Shown here: one piece after another, positions 29,209 through 38,964 of the stretch
Layout: every line of letters starts with the position of its first letter
How positions within the stretch are numbered: position 1 is the stretch's first letter
Origin: Thermoanaerobaculia bacterium
GTDB lineage: Bacteria; Acidobacteriota; Thermoanaerobaculia; UBA5066
DNA length: 64,000 nucleotides
Assembly: GCA_038245905.1 (NCBI GenBank)
Contig: JBBRRY010000004.1
Coordinates: 78,274 to 142,273 of the forward strand
Direction: 5' to 3'
The notes under the pieces: generated by a model
Databases searched by the model: none
What the model saw: only the letters and a program-made list of their open reading frames with translations
What the model was told of the DNA's origin: nothing
Program-made: the position numbers and the translations under genes

Positions 29209-32187
29209 ATGTATCAGATCGTCCGCCGCCATCAGTTTTCGGAATCGACCTTCCTGTGGGACGTGTACGCGCCCGACGTGGCCCGTGCCGCCCAGCCAGG
29301 GCATTTCGTCATGCTGCGCCTCCGCGAGGGGGGCGAGCGCATTCCCCTGACGGTGGCCGACTACGACCGCGACTGGGGAACCGTGACGATCGTCATTCAG
29401 GCGATCGGCAAGACGACCCGCGAGATGATGGGGGCCTACCAGGAAGGCGACACGTTTCTCGATTTCGTGGGCCCGCTCGGCATGCCCAGCCACGTGAAGA
29501 ACGTCGGCCACGTCGTCCTCGTCGGGGGCGGCCTCGGCGTCGCGCCCGTGTTCCCGCAGCTCCGGGCCTTCAAGGAGGCCGGCAACCGCGTCACGGGAAT
29601 CATCGGCTTCAGGACGAAGGAGCTCGTGTTCTGGGAGGATCGGTTCAAGAAGTATTGCGACGATCTGATCGTCTGCACCGACGACGGCACCTACGGCCGG
29701 CCGGGGTTCGTGACGGCCGCGCTCGAGGACGTCCTCTCGAAGGAGAAGGTCGACGAGGTCGTGGCGATCGGTCCGCTCCCGATGATGAAGGCCTGCACCG
29801 AGGTCACGCGCCCGCGCGGCGTGCCGACGGCCGTGAGCCTCAACGCGATCATGGTCGACGGCACGGGCATGTGCGGCTCCTGCCGCGTCAGCGTCGACGG
29901 CGAAATCAAGTTCGCCTGTGTCGAGGGCCCCGACTTCGACGCGCACAAGATCGACTTCGGAGAGCTCATGCTCAGGCAGCAGCGCTTCAAGTCGCAGGAG
30001 ACGCGCGCGAACGAGGATTTCGCCCACACCTGCAAAATGGAGAAGCAGCTCTTCGAGGACGAGAAGCGCAACTACAAGAAGCTCAAGGACGTGACGCCGC
30101 ACGCGGTGCACATGGCCGAGCGGAATGCGGACGAGCGCGCACACAACTTCCTCGAGGTGAACCTCGGCTACACGATGGCCGACGCGCTGACGGAGGCCGA
30201 GCGCTGCATCCAGTGCCTCCGGCCCACCTGCGTGCAGGGCTGCCCGGTCGCGATCGACATCCCGCGCTTCATCCGCCACCTCCTCGTGCGCGACCTCGGG
30301 GGCGCCGCCGCGGCCATCCGCGAGATCTCCCCCTTCCCCTCCGTGTGCGGCCGCGTCTGCCCGCAGGAGAGCCAGTGCGAGGCGCTTTGCATCCTCACGA
30401 AGACCAAGACGATGGAATCCGTCGCGATCGGCCGGCTCGAGCGCTTCGTGGGCGACCACGCCCCCGTGACGGCGCCCCCACCACGCCCCGCGAGCGCCCC
30501 GATCGGAAAGGTCGCGATCGTGGGCTCGGGCCCGGCCGGCCTCGCCTGCGCGGGCGACCTCGCGCGCGACGGTGCGGACGTCACCATCTTCGAGGCTCTT
30601 CACATCATCGGCGGCGTCCTCCGGTACGGGATCCCGTCCTTCCGGCTGCCGCGCAACATCATCGACCGCGAAGTGAAGCAGCTTGAGGACATGGGCGTGC
30701 GGTTCGAGACGAACAAGGTCATCGGCAAGACGTTCACGATCCCGCAGCTCCTCTCGGAGCAGAAGTTCGACGCCGTGTTCGTGGGCACGGGCGCGGGCGC
30801 GCCCGCGTTCCTCGGCATCCCCGGCGAGTTCGCCGGGCAGGTCTACAGCGCGAACGAGTTCCTCACCCGTGTGAACCTCATGGGCGGCGACAACTTCCCG
30901 TACGAGGACACTCCCGTCACGCTCGGGCAGAAGATCGTCGTCATCGGCGCGGGGAACACGGCGATGGACTGCCTGCGCGTGTCGAAGCGCCTCGGCGCCG
31001 AACTGGTCCGCTGCGTCTACCGGCGCACGAAGGCGGAGGCGCCTGCCCGCATCGAGGAGCTCCGCCACGCCGAGGAAGAGGGCATCACGTTCCACTGGCT
31101 GCGAGGCCCGACCGAGATCGTCACGGACGACAAGGGCGGCGTGAAGGGGCTCGTCTGCCAGAAGATGGAGCTGGGACCCGCCGACGCTTCGGGCCGCCGC
31201 CGCCCCGTCCCCATCCCGGGCGAGATGGAGACGTTCGAGTGCGACACCGTCATCTACGCGCTCGGCACGCGCGCGAACCCCGTCATCGCGCGGTCCACGC
31301 CGGGACTCTCCGTGCGCGGCGAGGGCTACATCAACGTGGATGAGACGACCCAGGCCGCGAACATCCCCGGCGTCTTCGCTGGCGGCGACATCGTCACGGG
31401 CGCCGCCACGGTCATCCTCGCGCTCGGCGCGGGCCGGCGCGCGGCGCGCGCGATTCGTTCCTATCTCGGGAACCGCGTCTGGCCTCCCGTGATCCGCGAG
31501 GACTCGAAGATCCCGGCCGTGGCCGCGCCCGACGAGAGCGTCTGCAAGAAGTGCCGCCGGCCGATTGAGGCGGGCGAGGATTACGTCTGCTGCGCGGGGG
31601 AGCGCCTCACTTTCCAGTGCACGTCCTGCCACAAGGTGTCCGAGGGCTTCGCGTTCCCTTACGGCCTCTGCCCGTACTGCGGCGGCGCGTTCGAGACGCG
31701 CGCGGAGATCGCGGCCCCCGAGGGCGCCCTCGCCGAGGCCGTCCGGAAGGCCTACGAGATCGAGATCGGCGGAGTCCTCTTCTACGCCAACGGCGCGAAG
31801 GAGATGGAGAGGTCCGGTGCCGACCCGGAGGTCATTGCGCTCTTCAGCCGGCTCTCGGCGATGGAGCGAGAGCACATGGAAATTCTCGCGCGGCGTTACC
31901 ACCTCGAAGCGCCCGATCTCTCCGGCGACGGGCCGTCCCCGGCGCAGCTCGCGGTCTTCTCGGGCAGCGAGCCCTCGGCGACGGCCGACGGCGTCGCGCT
32001 GCTACGCCTCGCCGTCCACCTCGAGAAGCGCGCGGGCCGGTTCTTCCTGGAGACCGGGCGCAAGTTCTCCGAGGCCTCGCCCGAGTGGCGGCTCTACCGC
32101 GAGCTGGAGGCTGAGGAGAGAGAGCACGCGGAGCTCCTCGAAGGCGCCGCGATGCGGCTCAAGGCGGGGCGTCCGCTCGTCATCTAG
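29209..32187 (+). CDS. fused NfnA-NfnB (SudB-SudA-like) oxidoreductase with C-terminal Cys-rich and ferritin/rubrerythrin-like domains
   Basis: ERIPLTVAD, GGGLGVAP, MVDGTGMCGSCR, CVEGPDFD (NfnA); ERCIQC...CPV, CGRVCPQESQCE, GSGPAG, GAGNTAMD, AGGDIVTG (NfnB); then CxxC motifs and two ExxH motifs. Confidence 0.9.
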   Translation: MYQIVRRHQFSESTFLWDVYAPDVARAAQPGHFVMLRLREGGERIPLTVADYDRDWGTVTIVIQAIGKTTREMMGAYQEGDTFLDFVGPLGMPSHVKNVGHVVLVGGGLGVAPVFPQLRAFKEAGNRVTGIIGFRTKELVFWEDRFKKYCDDLIVCTDDGTYGRPGFVTAALEDVLSKEKVDEVVAIGPLPMMKACTEVTRPRGVPTAVSLNAIMVDGTGMCGSCRVSVDGEIKFACVEGPDFDAHKIDFGELMLRQQRFKSQETRANEDFAHTCKMEKQLFEDEKRNYKKLKDVTPHAVHMAERNADERAHNFLEVNLGYTMADALTEAERCIQCLRPTCVQGCPVAIDIPRFIRHLLVRDLGGAAAAIREISPFPSVCGRVCPQESQCEALCILTKTKTMESVAIGRLERFVGDHAPVTAPPPRPASAPIGKVAIVGSGPAGLACAGDLARDGADVTIFEALHIIGGVLRYGIPSFRLPRNIIDREVKQLEDMGVRFETNKVIGKTFTIPQLLSEQKFDAVFVGTGAGAPAFLGIPGEFAGQVYSANEFLTRVNLMGGDNFPYEDTPVTLGQKIVVIGAGNTAMDCLRVSKRLGAELVRCVYRRTKAEAPARIEELRHAEEEGITFHWLRGPTEIVTDDKGGVKGLVCQKMELGPADASGRRRPVPIPGEMETFECDTVIYALGTRANPVIARSTPGLSVRGEGYINVDETTQAANIPGVFAGGDIVTGAATVILALGAGRRAARAIRSYLGNRVWPPVIREDSKIPAVAAPDESVCKKCRRPIEAGEDYVCCAGERLTFQCTSCHKVSEGFAFPYGLCPYCGGAFETRAEIAAPEGALAEAVRKAYEIEIGGVLFYANGAKEMERSGADPEVIALFSRLSAMEREHMEILARRYHLEAPDLSGDGPSPAQLAVFSGSEPSATADGVALLRLAVHLEKRAGRFFLETGRKFSEASPEWRLYRELEAEEREHAELLEGAAMRLKAGRPLVI

Positions 32188-32197
32188 GACAGGCCGG

Positions 32198-34153
32198 CTA
32201 CTCCACCCGGCTGAGGTCTACGAGCCTCGAGTTCTTGCCCTGGAAGGCCATCCATTCCGGGTGGCGATCCAGGATCGGGCCGAGCCGACGCGAAAGAGCC
32301 GAGAGCTCCCACGGGAATCTGGTGTCGAGCAGGTAATCGAATCCGCGGGCTCGAAAAGCTCCGAGGATCTGTACTTCGGACGCGGCACTCGAGACTTCCT
32401 GCCGCCAGAGCCGATCCAGCGACAGGTCGTCCGTCGCGGCGGAGACGTCGTGTCCGAGCATGTAATAGATCTCGTTGTCGCCGGTCGTCACGATGCGCGC
32501 GGACCTCGGCACGTTCGTCGCGATCCACAGCTTCGCGTCTCCAGCCGAGTGCTCCAGGAGCGCGCGCTGGAGGGGAAGATCCCGGGCCCGGTCGAGGACC
32601 GCTTCCGGTGCCAGCCGGGAGGTTGCGACGACGGCGCCGAGGACGACGAGGCCGCTGGGCAGCAGGCGGAACGCCCGCACGCGTCTCGAGAGAAACCGCA
32701 ATACGAGCAGCGAGAGGAGGGTCCCGGACACGTTCAGAAGGACGAGGCCGGGACCCAGCAGGCGGAACTGCGTTCCTGGCCTCGCGACGACGAGGAAGCA
32801 GAGAAGGCTTCCGAGGGCGACAAAGAACAGCAGGAAGCACCGCCGGCGAAACGCGAAGCTCCTTGCCGGAGCGAAGAGGCCGCGCACGAGAAAGAGGGGG
32901 ATTGCGAGGGCGACGATGGCGAGCGTTCCTTCGTGCGCCAGACCCCCGAGTCGTTCCAGTCTCCAGGCGACGTGATCGTCTCGCAGCGACGGTGCCATCC
33001 CGTAGATGATTTCGCGCTGGCTGTTGCTCAGGGTGGTGAGAGGCGTGGCCCCGAGCGCGAGAGGATAGATAGCGCTTCCGGTGCCTCGGAGATTCCGGGC
33101 GAGAAGGGGAGTGGCGGCCAGCAGAACTCCCAGAAGCACACTTGCCGCGGCCGACGGGACTCTCCTGGGGGCGTCGAGGAACTGATACACGAGCCAGCCG
33201 AGAAGCAGCGGCAGCAGGGTGAATGCGACCGTGTACTTGGCAACGAACGCGGCGCCGAGGAAGACACCCGCCGCGACGTTCCTCCTCCACGAGCTTCGTA
33301 CTCCCGACAGGAGGACGGCCCCGCACAGCAGCCATGCGGCCGCGCCGCAGTCGTTCTTCGCGAGAACGCCGTACCGCCATAGGGAAGAGGTCGCGAGGGC
33401 GGCAAACCCGCCGATGAGCGAAACCGCGGGAGGGAACCGAAGCCGTTGCAAGAGAGCGATGACCGCGAGCCCGATGGCGACCCAACCCAGTGTCAGGTGC
33501 GTCCACTGCGCGAAGATCTGGATCGCCGGGAGGCCGGCCTCGCCTTTCCCGAGGAAGAACTGTGCCGGCCAGAGATACAGGTACTCCCAGAGAGAAGCCT
33601 GGAAGTTCAGCGGATGCTGCGGGTCGAATGCGATCGTTCCGCTGCGCAGCCAGAGGACCGGCGCGACGAGGTGATAGTAAAGCGGGTCGCCATGCCGTGC
33701 GAGATGCGTGGATTGAACGAAGCGAAGGCCGCAGTACGAGGCCAGGAGAGCGGTCAAGACGGCATGTCGTCGCGCGCGCGGCACGGGCGGAGCGCTCGGG
33801 AGCATGGCGAAAGAAAGGACACCGCCCAGGAGAAACGCGTTCGATGAGATGGGACCGTGAATACCGGCGACCAAGGTTAGGTAGGCCCACCACGCCGCGA
33901 AGAGGCTCCCAAGGCCCAGCGTCACGGCCCAGGCCTCCGCCCCGCGAAGGGCGTCCGGCGACGAGAGTCCGATCAGCCGGCTCGCCGCCCGTCCCCAGCC
34001 GGCTATCGCAATAACCCAGAACAGAAAAATGAGGAACAGGCCGAGCAGGCTCCTGAGACCGAAATCCTCCGTGGTCGAGGTGGGCACGTATCCGCCCACG
34101 GCGGCGAACCCCACCGCCGAAAAAGCCAGGGCTACCAAGATGCGGTTCTGCAA
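32198..34153 (-). CDS. polytopic membrane protein, probable GT-C glycosyltransferase
   Basis: Many TM helices, HGDPLYYHL loop, KND and AKYT motifs; sits in a glycan cluster. Confidence 0.6.
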   Translation of the reverse strand: MQNRILVALAFSAVGFAAVGGYVPTSTTEDFGLRSLLGLFLIFLFWVIAIAGWGRAASRLIGLSSPDALRGAEAWAVTLGLGSLFAAWWAYLTLVAGIHGPISSNAFLLGGVLSFAMLPSAPPVPRARRHAVLTALLASYCGLRFVQSTHLARHGDPLYYHLVAPVLWLRSGTIAFDPQHPLNFQASLWEYLYLWPAQFFLGKGEAGLPAIQIFAQWTHLTLGWVAIGLAVIALLQRLRFPPAVSLIGGFAALATSSLWRYGVLAKNDCGAAAWLLCGAVLLSGVRSSWRRNVAAGVFLGAAFVAKYTVAFTLLPLLLGWLVYQFLDAPRRVPSAAASVLLGVLLAATPLLARNLRGTGSAIYPLALGATPLTTLSNSQREIIYGMAPSLRDDHVAWRLERLGGLAHEGTLAIVALAIPLFLVRGLFAPARSFAFRRRCFLLFFVALGSLLCFLVVARPGTQFRLLGPGLVLLNVSGTLLSLLVLRFLSRRVRAFRLLPSGLVVLGAVVATSRLAPEAVLDRARDLPLQRALLEHSAGDAKLWIATNVPRSARIVTTGDNEIYYMLGHDVSAATDDLSLDRLWRQEVSSAASEVQILGAFRARGFDYLLDTRFPWELSALSRRLGPILDRHPEWMAFQGKNSRLVDLSRVE

Positions 34154-34205
34154 CGGTCGTTTGAGTTGCGCTCGGCTGAAGTATGCAGTTGCCGCCGGCG
34201 GCGGC

Positions 34206-35606
34206 TCAGTACGCGTTCTTGTGGGTAAAGCCCCACTTGACCGTGAGCCACAGGATCTTCACGTCGAGGCCGAACGACCAGTTCTCGATGTAGTAGAGGT
34301 CGTACTCGATGCGCTTCGAGAGGCTCGTGTTGCCGCGCCAGCCGTGCACCTGCGCCCAGCCCGTGATGCCGGCGCGGACCCGGTGGCGGAGCATGTACTG
34401 GGGGAACTTGTCCCGGAACGTGCTCACGAACTCCGGGCGCTCCGGACGGGGACCCACGAGAGACATCTCGCCCGTGAAGACGTTCACGAGCTGCGGCAGC
34501 TCGTCGAGCGAGGTCTTGCGCAGGAATGCGCCGACATGCGTGCGGCGCGCGTCGTTCTCTTCGGCCCAGCGCGCGCCGTCGTTTTCGGCGTCGACGCGCA
34601 TCGAGCGGAACTTCAACATCCGGAAGAGCCGCCCGTCGAGGCCCATGCGCTCCTGCGCGTAGAAGATCGGGCCGCGGTCTTCGAGCCAGATCGCGAGCGC
34701 GATGACCGGGAAGAGAACGGCGATCGCGACGAGGCCGAGGGCCGAGAGTGCGACGTCCATCGTGCGCTTCACGAGGGAATTCCAGCCCTCGAGCGGCATC
34801 TGGGTCAGGTTGATGACGGGCAGGCCGTCGAAGTCCTCGACTCCGGCCTTGAACGTCACGTACTGGAAAAGGTCGGGCACGACCTTCAGGTCGACCATCT
34901 CGTTGCCCACGTCCTTGAGGATCGTGAGCATCGTGCGGTGGGCCTCGACGGGCAGAGCGAGAAAGACCGTATCGACATCGTGGGCCCGGATCAGCGCCGT
35001 GACCTCCGCGGTGACGCCGAGGACCGCGAGTCCCCGATAGCCGTCCGCGCGCTTCGCGGGGTCGTCGTCCGCGAAGCCGACGGGTTTGAGGCCGGTCGCG
35101 GGATGGTCGAGCAGCTTGTCGGCGAGCGCGCGCCCGGTGTGTCCCGCGCCCACGATGAGCGTCCGGCGCACGCCGGCGCCCGTCGACCACATGTTCTCGA
35201 GGTATTTGCGGATCCCGAAGCGCACGAGCGAGACGAAGAGGACATCCAGGACGAGAAAAAGGACGAGCATCTGGCGGCTCGTGTACGTGAAGCCTCGCCA
35301 GAAGGAAAGAAGGCCGACGAGCAGGATCGTCCCGAGGGACGCCGCGACGATGACGGCGAGCACTTCGTCGATGGTCGAGCGGTCGCGGCGGATCTGATAC
35401 AGCCGGTGGAAGTAGAAAACGACTGGCCAGATCGCGATGAGGATCGGGATGAACGCGACGTAATTCTCGAAAGGCTGCGCGCCTTTCGGTGTCGGCCAGA
35501 CCGACTCGAAGCGGATGAGCCACGCCGCACCCAGCGCGAGCACGGTCGCGAGGACGTCGGCGGCCACGAAGAGGGCTTGAAGACGGCGGGTCTGGCGGCG
35601 AATCAC
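34206..35606 (-). CDS. undecaprenyl-phosphate glucose phosphotransferase (WcaJ-like)
   Basis: KRTMDV, KFRSM, SLDELPQL, MSLVGPRPE, GITGWAQV, DLYYIENWS. Confidence 0.92.
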   Translation of the reverse strand: MIRRQTRRLQALFVAADVLATVLALGAAWLIRFESVWPTPKGAQPFENYVAFIPILIAIWPVVFYFHRLYQIRRDRSTIDEVLAVIVAASLGTILLVGLLSFWRGFTYTSRQMLVLFLVLDVLFVSLVRFGIRKYLENMWSTGAGVRRTLIVGAGHTGRALADKLLDHPATGLKPVGFADDDPAKRADGYRGLAVLGVTAEVTALIRAHDVDTVFLALPVEAHRTMLTILKDVGNEMVDLKVVPDLFQYVTFKAGVEDFDGLPVINLTQMPLEGWNSLVKRTMDVALSALGLVAIAVLFPVIALAIWLEDRGPIFYAQERMGLDGRLFRMLKFRSMRVDAENDGARWAEENDARRTHVGAFLRKTSLDELPQLVNVFTGEMSLVGPRPERPEFVSTFRDKFPQYMLRHRVRAGITGWAQVHGWRGNTSLSKRIEYDLYYIENWSFGLDVKILWLTVKWGFTHKNAY

Positions 35607-36739
35607 ACGGGCTCCGGAGCGTCGATTCTAGCGTTCTCGGGCTCGTTTCCGGCCCGGCTCCTCGCCCTCCCGAGGGCGGCGAGGAAACGGCTTCGAAAAA
35701 CGTCCCGCGAGAAACGGGACGCGTTCCGGGTCAGGGCGACGGGATCGAGCGTCAGGCCGCGCAGCCGGTCGAGCGCCGTCAGGAGGCCCGTCGCGCCCGG
35801 CGAGTCGTACAGGACACCTGTCTCTCCGTCCCGGACGGTCTCCTTCGCCCCGCCGCGGCCGAGCGCCACGACCGGCGCGCCGCACGCCTGCGCCTCCAGC
35901 GGCACGATGCCGAAATCTTCCTCTCCGGGCATCAGGACGGCCTCGGCGGTCCGGTAGCACGCGCGCAGCATGTCGTCCTCTGGAGTGTCGAGGAATCGGA
36001 CCGTCTCACCGGCCCGGGCGGCGAGGCGCGCGCGCTCGGGCCCGAACCCCGCGATCGTGAGGGGCAGCCGGCGGGTGTTCGCGGCGTCGATCGCGTCCTC
36101 GAGGCGCTTGTATGGCGCGAGGGCCGACACGACGAGGAGACCGTTCCGGAGCGAACCGGGCGGCGGCGGCGTGTAGAAACCGGTGTCGACGGGCGGGAAG
36201 ACCACCTCCGCCTCGCGCCCCCAGAGGCGGGCGATGCGTCCCCTCACGTTCTCCGAGTTCGCGAGAAAGGCGTCGACGCGAGGCACGGCCGCGCGATCCC
36301 ATGCCCGGAGCGGTCCGCGAACGAGCCGCGCGGCCGCGGTCACGAGGGCCGGCCGGCCCCGGAAGTAGTCGTCGAACTGATCGTGGAGATAGCGGACCGG
36401 CGTGTGGCAGTAGCAGAGATGAAACGCGCCCGGAGCCTTCTTCGCGTTCTTGGCGACGCAGTGGGAGGTCGAGATTACGAGCTCGAAGTCCGACAGGTCC
36501 CATGTCTCGGCGGCGACGAAGAAGAGGGGGAGCAGCTTGCGGTAGTTGGCGCGCGGCGAGACGAGCTTCTGGAGGAACGTAGTCCGGATTTCGGCGGCCT
36601 CGATCTCCGGGGCCTGCGAACCCTTGAAGTGAAAAAGCGTGAAGACGGGCGCGCCGGGGAACATCCGCACCAGCTCGAGCAGTACCTTCTCGCCGCCGCG
36701 GGTGCCCGTCAGCCAGTCGTGGACGAGGGCGACCCTCAC
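35603..36739 (-). CDS. GT4 family glycosyltransferase
   Basis: VALVHDWL..GGEKV, YCHTPVRY, EDFGIVPLEAQACG. Confidence 0.9.
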   Translation of the reverse strand: MRVALVHDWLTGTRGGEKVLLELVRMFPGAPVFTLFHFKGSQAPEIEAAEIRTTFLQKLVSPRANYRKLLPLFFVAAETWDLSDFELVISTSHCVAKNAKKAPGAFHLCYCHTPVRYLHDQFDDYFRGRPALVTAAARLVRGPLRAWDRAAVPRVDAFLANSENVRGRIARLWGREAEVVFPPVDTGFYTPPPPGSLRNGLLVVSALAPYKRLEDAIDAANTRRLPLTIAGFGPERARLAARAGETVRFLDTPEDDMLRACYRTAEAVLMPGEEDFGIVPLEAQACGAPVVALGRGGAKETVRDGETGVLYDSPGATGLLTALDRLRGLTLDPVALTRNASRFSRDVFRSRFLAALGRARSRAGNEPENARIDAPEPV

Positions 36740-37830
36740 GACGAAAGCCTCGGTTTTTCGGAGGAGAGATTTTCTTTGAATGGAAAGAGAACGCCGTCGT
36801 AGATACCTGCCGTTCGTTCTGCGACGCGGGCCCACGTGAATTGCGCTACCCGGTCCCTCCCCCTTTTTCTAAGCAAATCTCTCCTCTCTTCATCTCCGAG
36901 CAGAATCTCCAACGCTGCGGCCATCGAACCGATGTCGTGCGGGTCGAAGAAAACCGCCGCGTCGCCCGCCGCCTCGCGGAGCGCCGGGAGGTCCGAGCAT
37001 GCCACGGGCGTGCCGGCCGCCTGCGCTTCGAGGACGGGCAGGCCGAAGCCCTCGGCGAAGGAGGGTTGGACGAGAACGCGGGCGCCCGCGACGAGCGCCG
37101 GCACGTCCTCGTCGGGCACCCAGCCGAGAGCCTTCGCGCCCGCGGGCAGCGTCCGGCCGGGGCCAACACCCGCGAGGACGAGAGACAGCGAAGGCGTCGA
37201 AACGCGGAGACGCGCGAATGCGGCAAGCAGCCCGTCAAGGTTCTTGTGCGGCTTGTCGTTCCCGAGGAAGAGAAGATAGGACTCGGACGAAGATCCCCCC
37301 CCCCTCCCCCTTTCAAAGAAATCTTCTCTTACGCCGTAGGGAAGGACCACGACCTTGCCTTCCCGCTCGGGTCCGAAAGCAAGAATTTCCCTCTTCGTCT
37401 CCTCGGACCCCGCGATGACCGCCGCCGACAGGCGGAGTGCGCGTCCCACCATCCAGCGCGCGTACGCCCGCTTCGCGAGCGCCCCGTGCTCGGGCCTCGT
37501 GAGGTGCATGAGGTCGTGGATGGTGACGACCGTCGCCTTCGGCGGAAAGAACGGAACGACATAGTGCGGGGCATGGAAGAGATCAGGCTGAATCGCCGAG
37601 ATCGCCCGCCTCACGGCGACCAGCTCCCCGAAGGAGTAATGGGGAGCGTCGCAGATCCTCGCGAGTACGCCCGTCGGAAGAAGAGCCTCCTCGCCGGGGA
37701 GCACGAGCGCATGAAGCTCGTAGCGGTCGAGCCCGGCGAGGCCGCCGAGGAGGCCGCGGATGTAAGTCCCGATCCCGAAGTCGCGCGCCTTGCGGGCGTC
37801 GACGAGGACCCGTTTCCTTCGTCCGGTCAA
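36736..37830 (-). CDS. GT4 family glycosyltransferase
   Basis: VDAR...GIGTY, VVTIHDL, PHKNL, EGFGLPVLEAQAAG; TTG start overlaps the upstream gene's stop. Confidence 0.88.
   Translation of the reverse strand: MTGRRKRVLVDARKARDFGIGTYIRGLLGGLAGLDRYELHALVLPGEEALLPTGVLARICDAPHYSFGELVAVRRAISAIQPDLFHAPHYVVPFFPPKATVVTIHDLMHLTRPEHGALAKRAYARWMVGRALRLSAAVIAGSEETKREILAFGPEREGKVVVLPYGVREDFFERGRGGGSSSESYLLFLGNDKPHKNLDGLLAAFARLRVSTPSLSLVLAGVGPGRTLPAGAKALGWVPDEDVPALVAGARVLVQPSFAEGFGLPVLEAQAAGTPVACSDLPALREAAGDAAVFFDPHDIGSMAAALEILLGDEERRDLLRKRGRDRVAQFTWARVAERTAGIYDGVLFPFKENLSSEKPRLSS
36761..36886. repeat. inverted pair of the dispersed TTCWAAGMAA motif
   Basis: GAGGAGAGATTTTCTTTGAA (36761-36780) and TTCTAAGCAAATCTCTCCTC (36867-36886) are 18/20 complementary. 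Confidence 0.8.
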
Positions 37831-38912
37831 CCGAGCGCCTCCTCGAAGAGGATGCGCATCTTCGCGGCGGCGGCGGTCCACGTGAAGCTCGCCGCGCGCC
37901 GCGGGCCCTCGACGGTCGCGCGGCGGCGGAAGCCGGCGTCGTCGTGCGCGCGCTCGAGGGCCCGGGCTATGTCCGGAACGCTCGTGGGGTCGGGCAGAAG
38001 GCCGGCGTCGCCCATGACCTCCGGCAGCGACGCCGCCGACGAGCCCACGACGGGGATGCCCTGCGCCATGGCCTCGAGGGGCGGAAGACCGAAGCCTTCG
38101 TAGAGGCTCGGGTACGCGAAGATCCGCGCGTCCCTCAGCCAACGGGCCCTCTCGCCCGCGCCGAGATAGCCCGCGAGCGTGACGCGATTCGCGTGCCTCG
38201 AACGCGCGACGTCCCCGGCGAAGCCTCCCATTCCCCAGCCGTCGCCTCCCGCGAGGACGAGGTCGGGAAAGTCCGGGCGGCGGTCCCAGATCGCCTCCAT
38301 CGCCGCGACGAGCCGGACGACGTTCTTGCGCGGCTCGAGCGTTCCCACGTAGAGAACATACGGACGTCCTGCGTGCGGAGCCTCGCCGTCCGCGCGCGGC
38401 GTCTCGGGCTCGACGCCGTTGTGGACGACGCGCGTCTTGCCGTCTGCGTCGGGGTACGCGGCCACGAGGTCCCGGCGCGTGGCTTCCGACACGGCGGCGA
38501 TCCGCCGCGCGCGGCGGACGGTCGCACCGATGAACGGCGTAAAGCCGAAGCGGTTCTTCAGCGAATGCCATTCGGGGAAGAGGATCGGCGTGAGGTCGTG
38601 CACCGTCGCGACCCCGGGGAGCCTGCAGGCGAGGGGAAGGATGCCGAGACTCCCGAGAAACGCGTCTGCCCCGGCGCGGCGAGCCGCCGGGCCGGCGGCG
38701 GTCTGCAGCCAGATCGTGCCCGGAAGCGCGGGGGAGGGCGCCACGGCCACTCGCCCCTCGAGACCGGGGGGCAGGTGGACAGGGCGAGGCGACAGGAGGA
38801 CGAAGCTGTCCCCGGGCCGGGCGTGAAGCCAGGCGGAGAGCAGCCCGTCGAGATAGCGCCCGACGCCGGTCGGACGCTCCTCGAGCGGGCGCGCGTCGAC
38901 GGCGATGCGCAT
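37827..38912 (-). CDS. GT4 family glycosyltransferase
   Basis: MRIAVDAR...TGVGRY, TVHDL, GTLEPRKN, EGFGLPPLEAMA. Confidence 0.9.
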   Translation of the reverse strand: MRIAVDARPLEERPTGVGRYLDGLLSAWLHARPGDSFVLLSPRPVHLPPGLEGRVAVAPSPALPGTIWLQTAAGPAARRAGADAFLGSLGILPLACRLPGVATVHDLTPILFPEWHSLKNRFGFTPFIGATVRRARRIAAVSEATRRDLVAAYPDADGKTRVVHNGVEPETPRADGEAPHAGRPYVLYVGTLEPRKNVVRLVAAMEAIWDRRPDFPDLVLAGGDGWGMGGFAGDVARSRHANRVTLAGYLGAGERARWLRDARIFAYPSLYEGFGLPPLEAMAQGIPVVGSSAASLPEVMGDAGLLPDPTSVPDIARALERAHDDAGFRRRATVEGPRRAASFTWTAAAAKMRILFEEALG

Positions 38913-38964
38913 GCTTCCATGTTATATTCCGCGGCTCCTCTTCGTTTGGGAGGAGCCTTTTCCC

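Noticed and set aside
31618-31632. CTSCH heme-binding motif in the Nfn tail
   Set aside because: The protein has no export signal and the motif sits among other CxxC pairs; more likely a Zn/Fe ribbon.
24510-31902. Very long minus-strand ORFs (1066 aa and 949 aa) and similar overlapping ORFs elsewhere
   Set aside because: Antisense or off-frame shadows typical of high-GC codon bias; no recognisable motifs.
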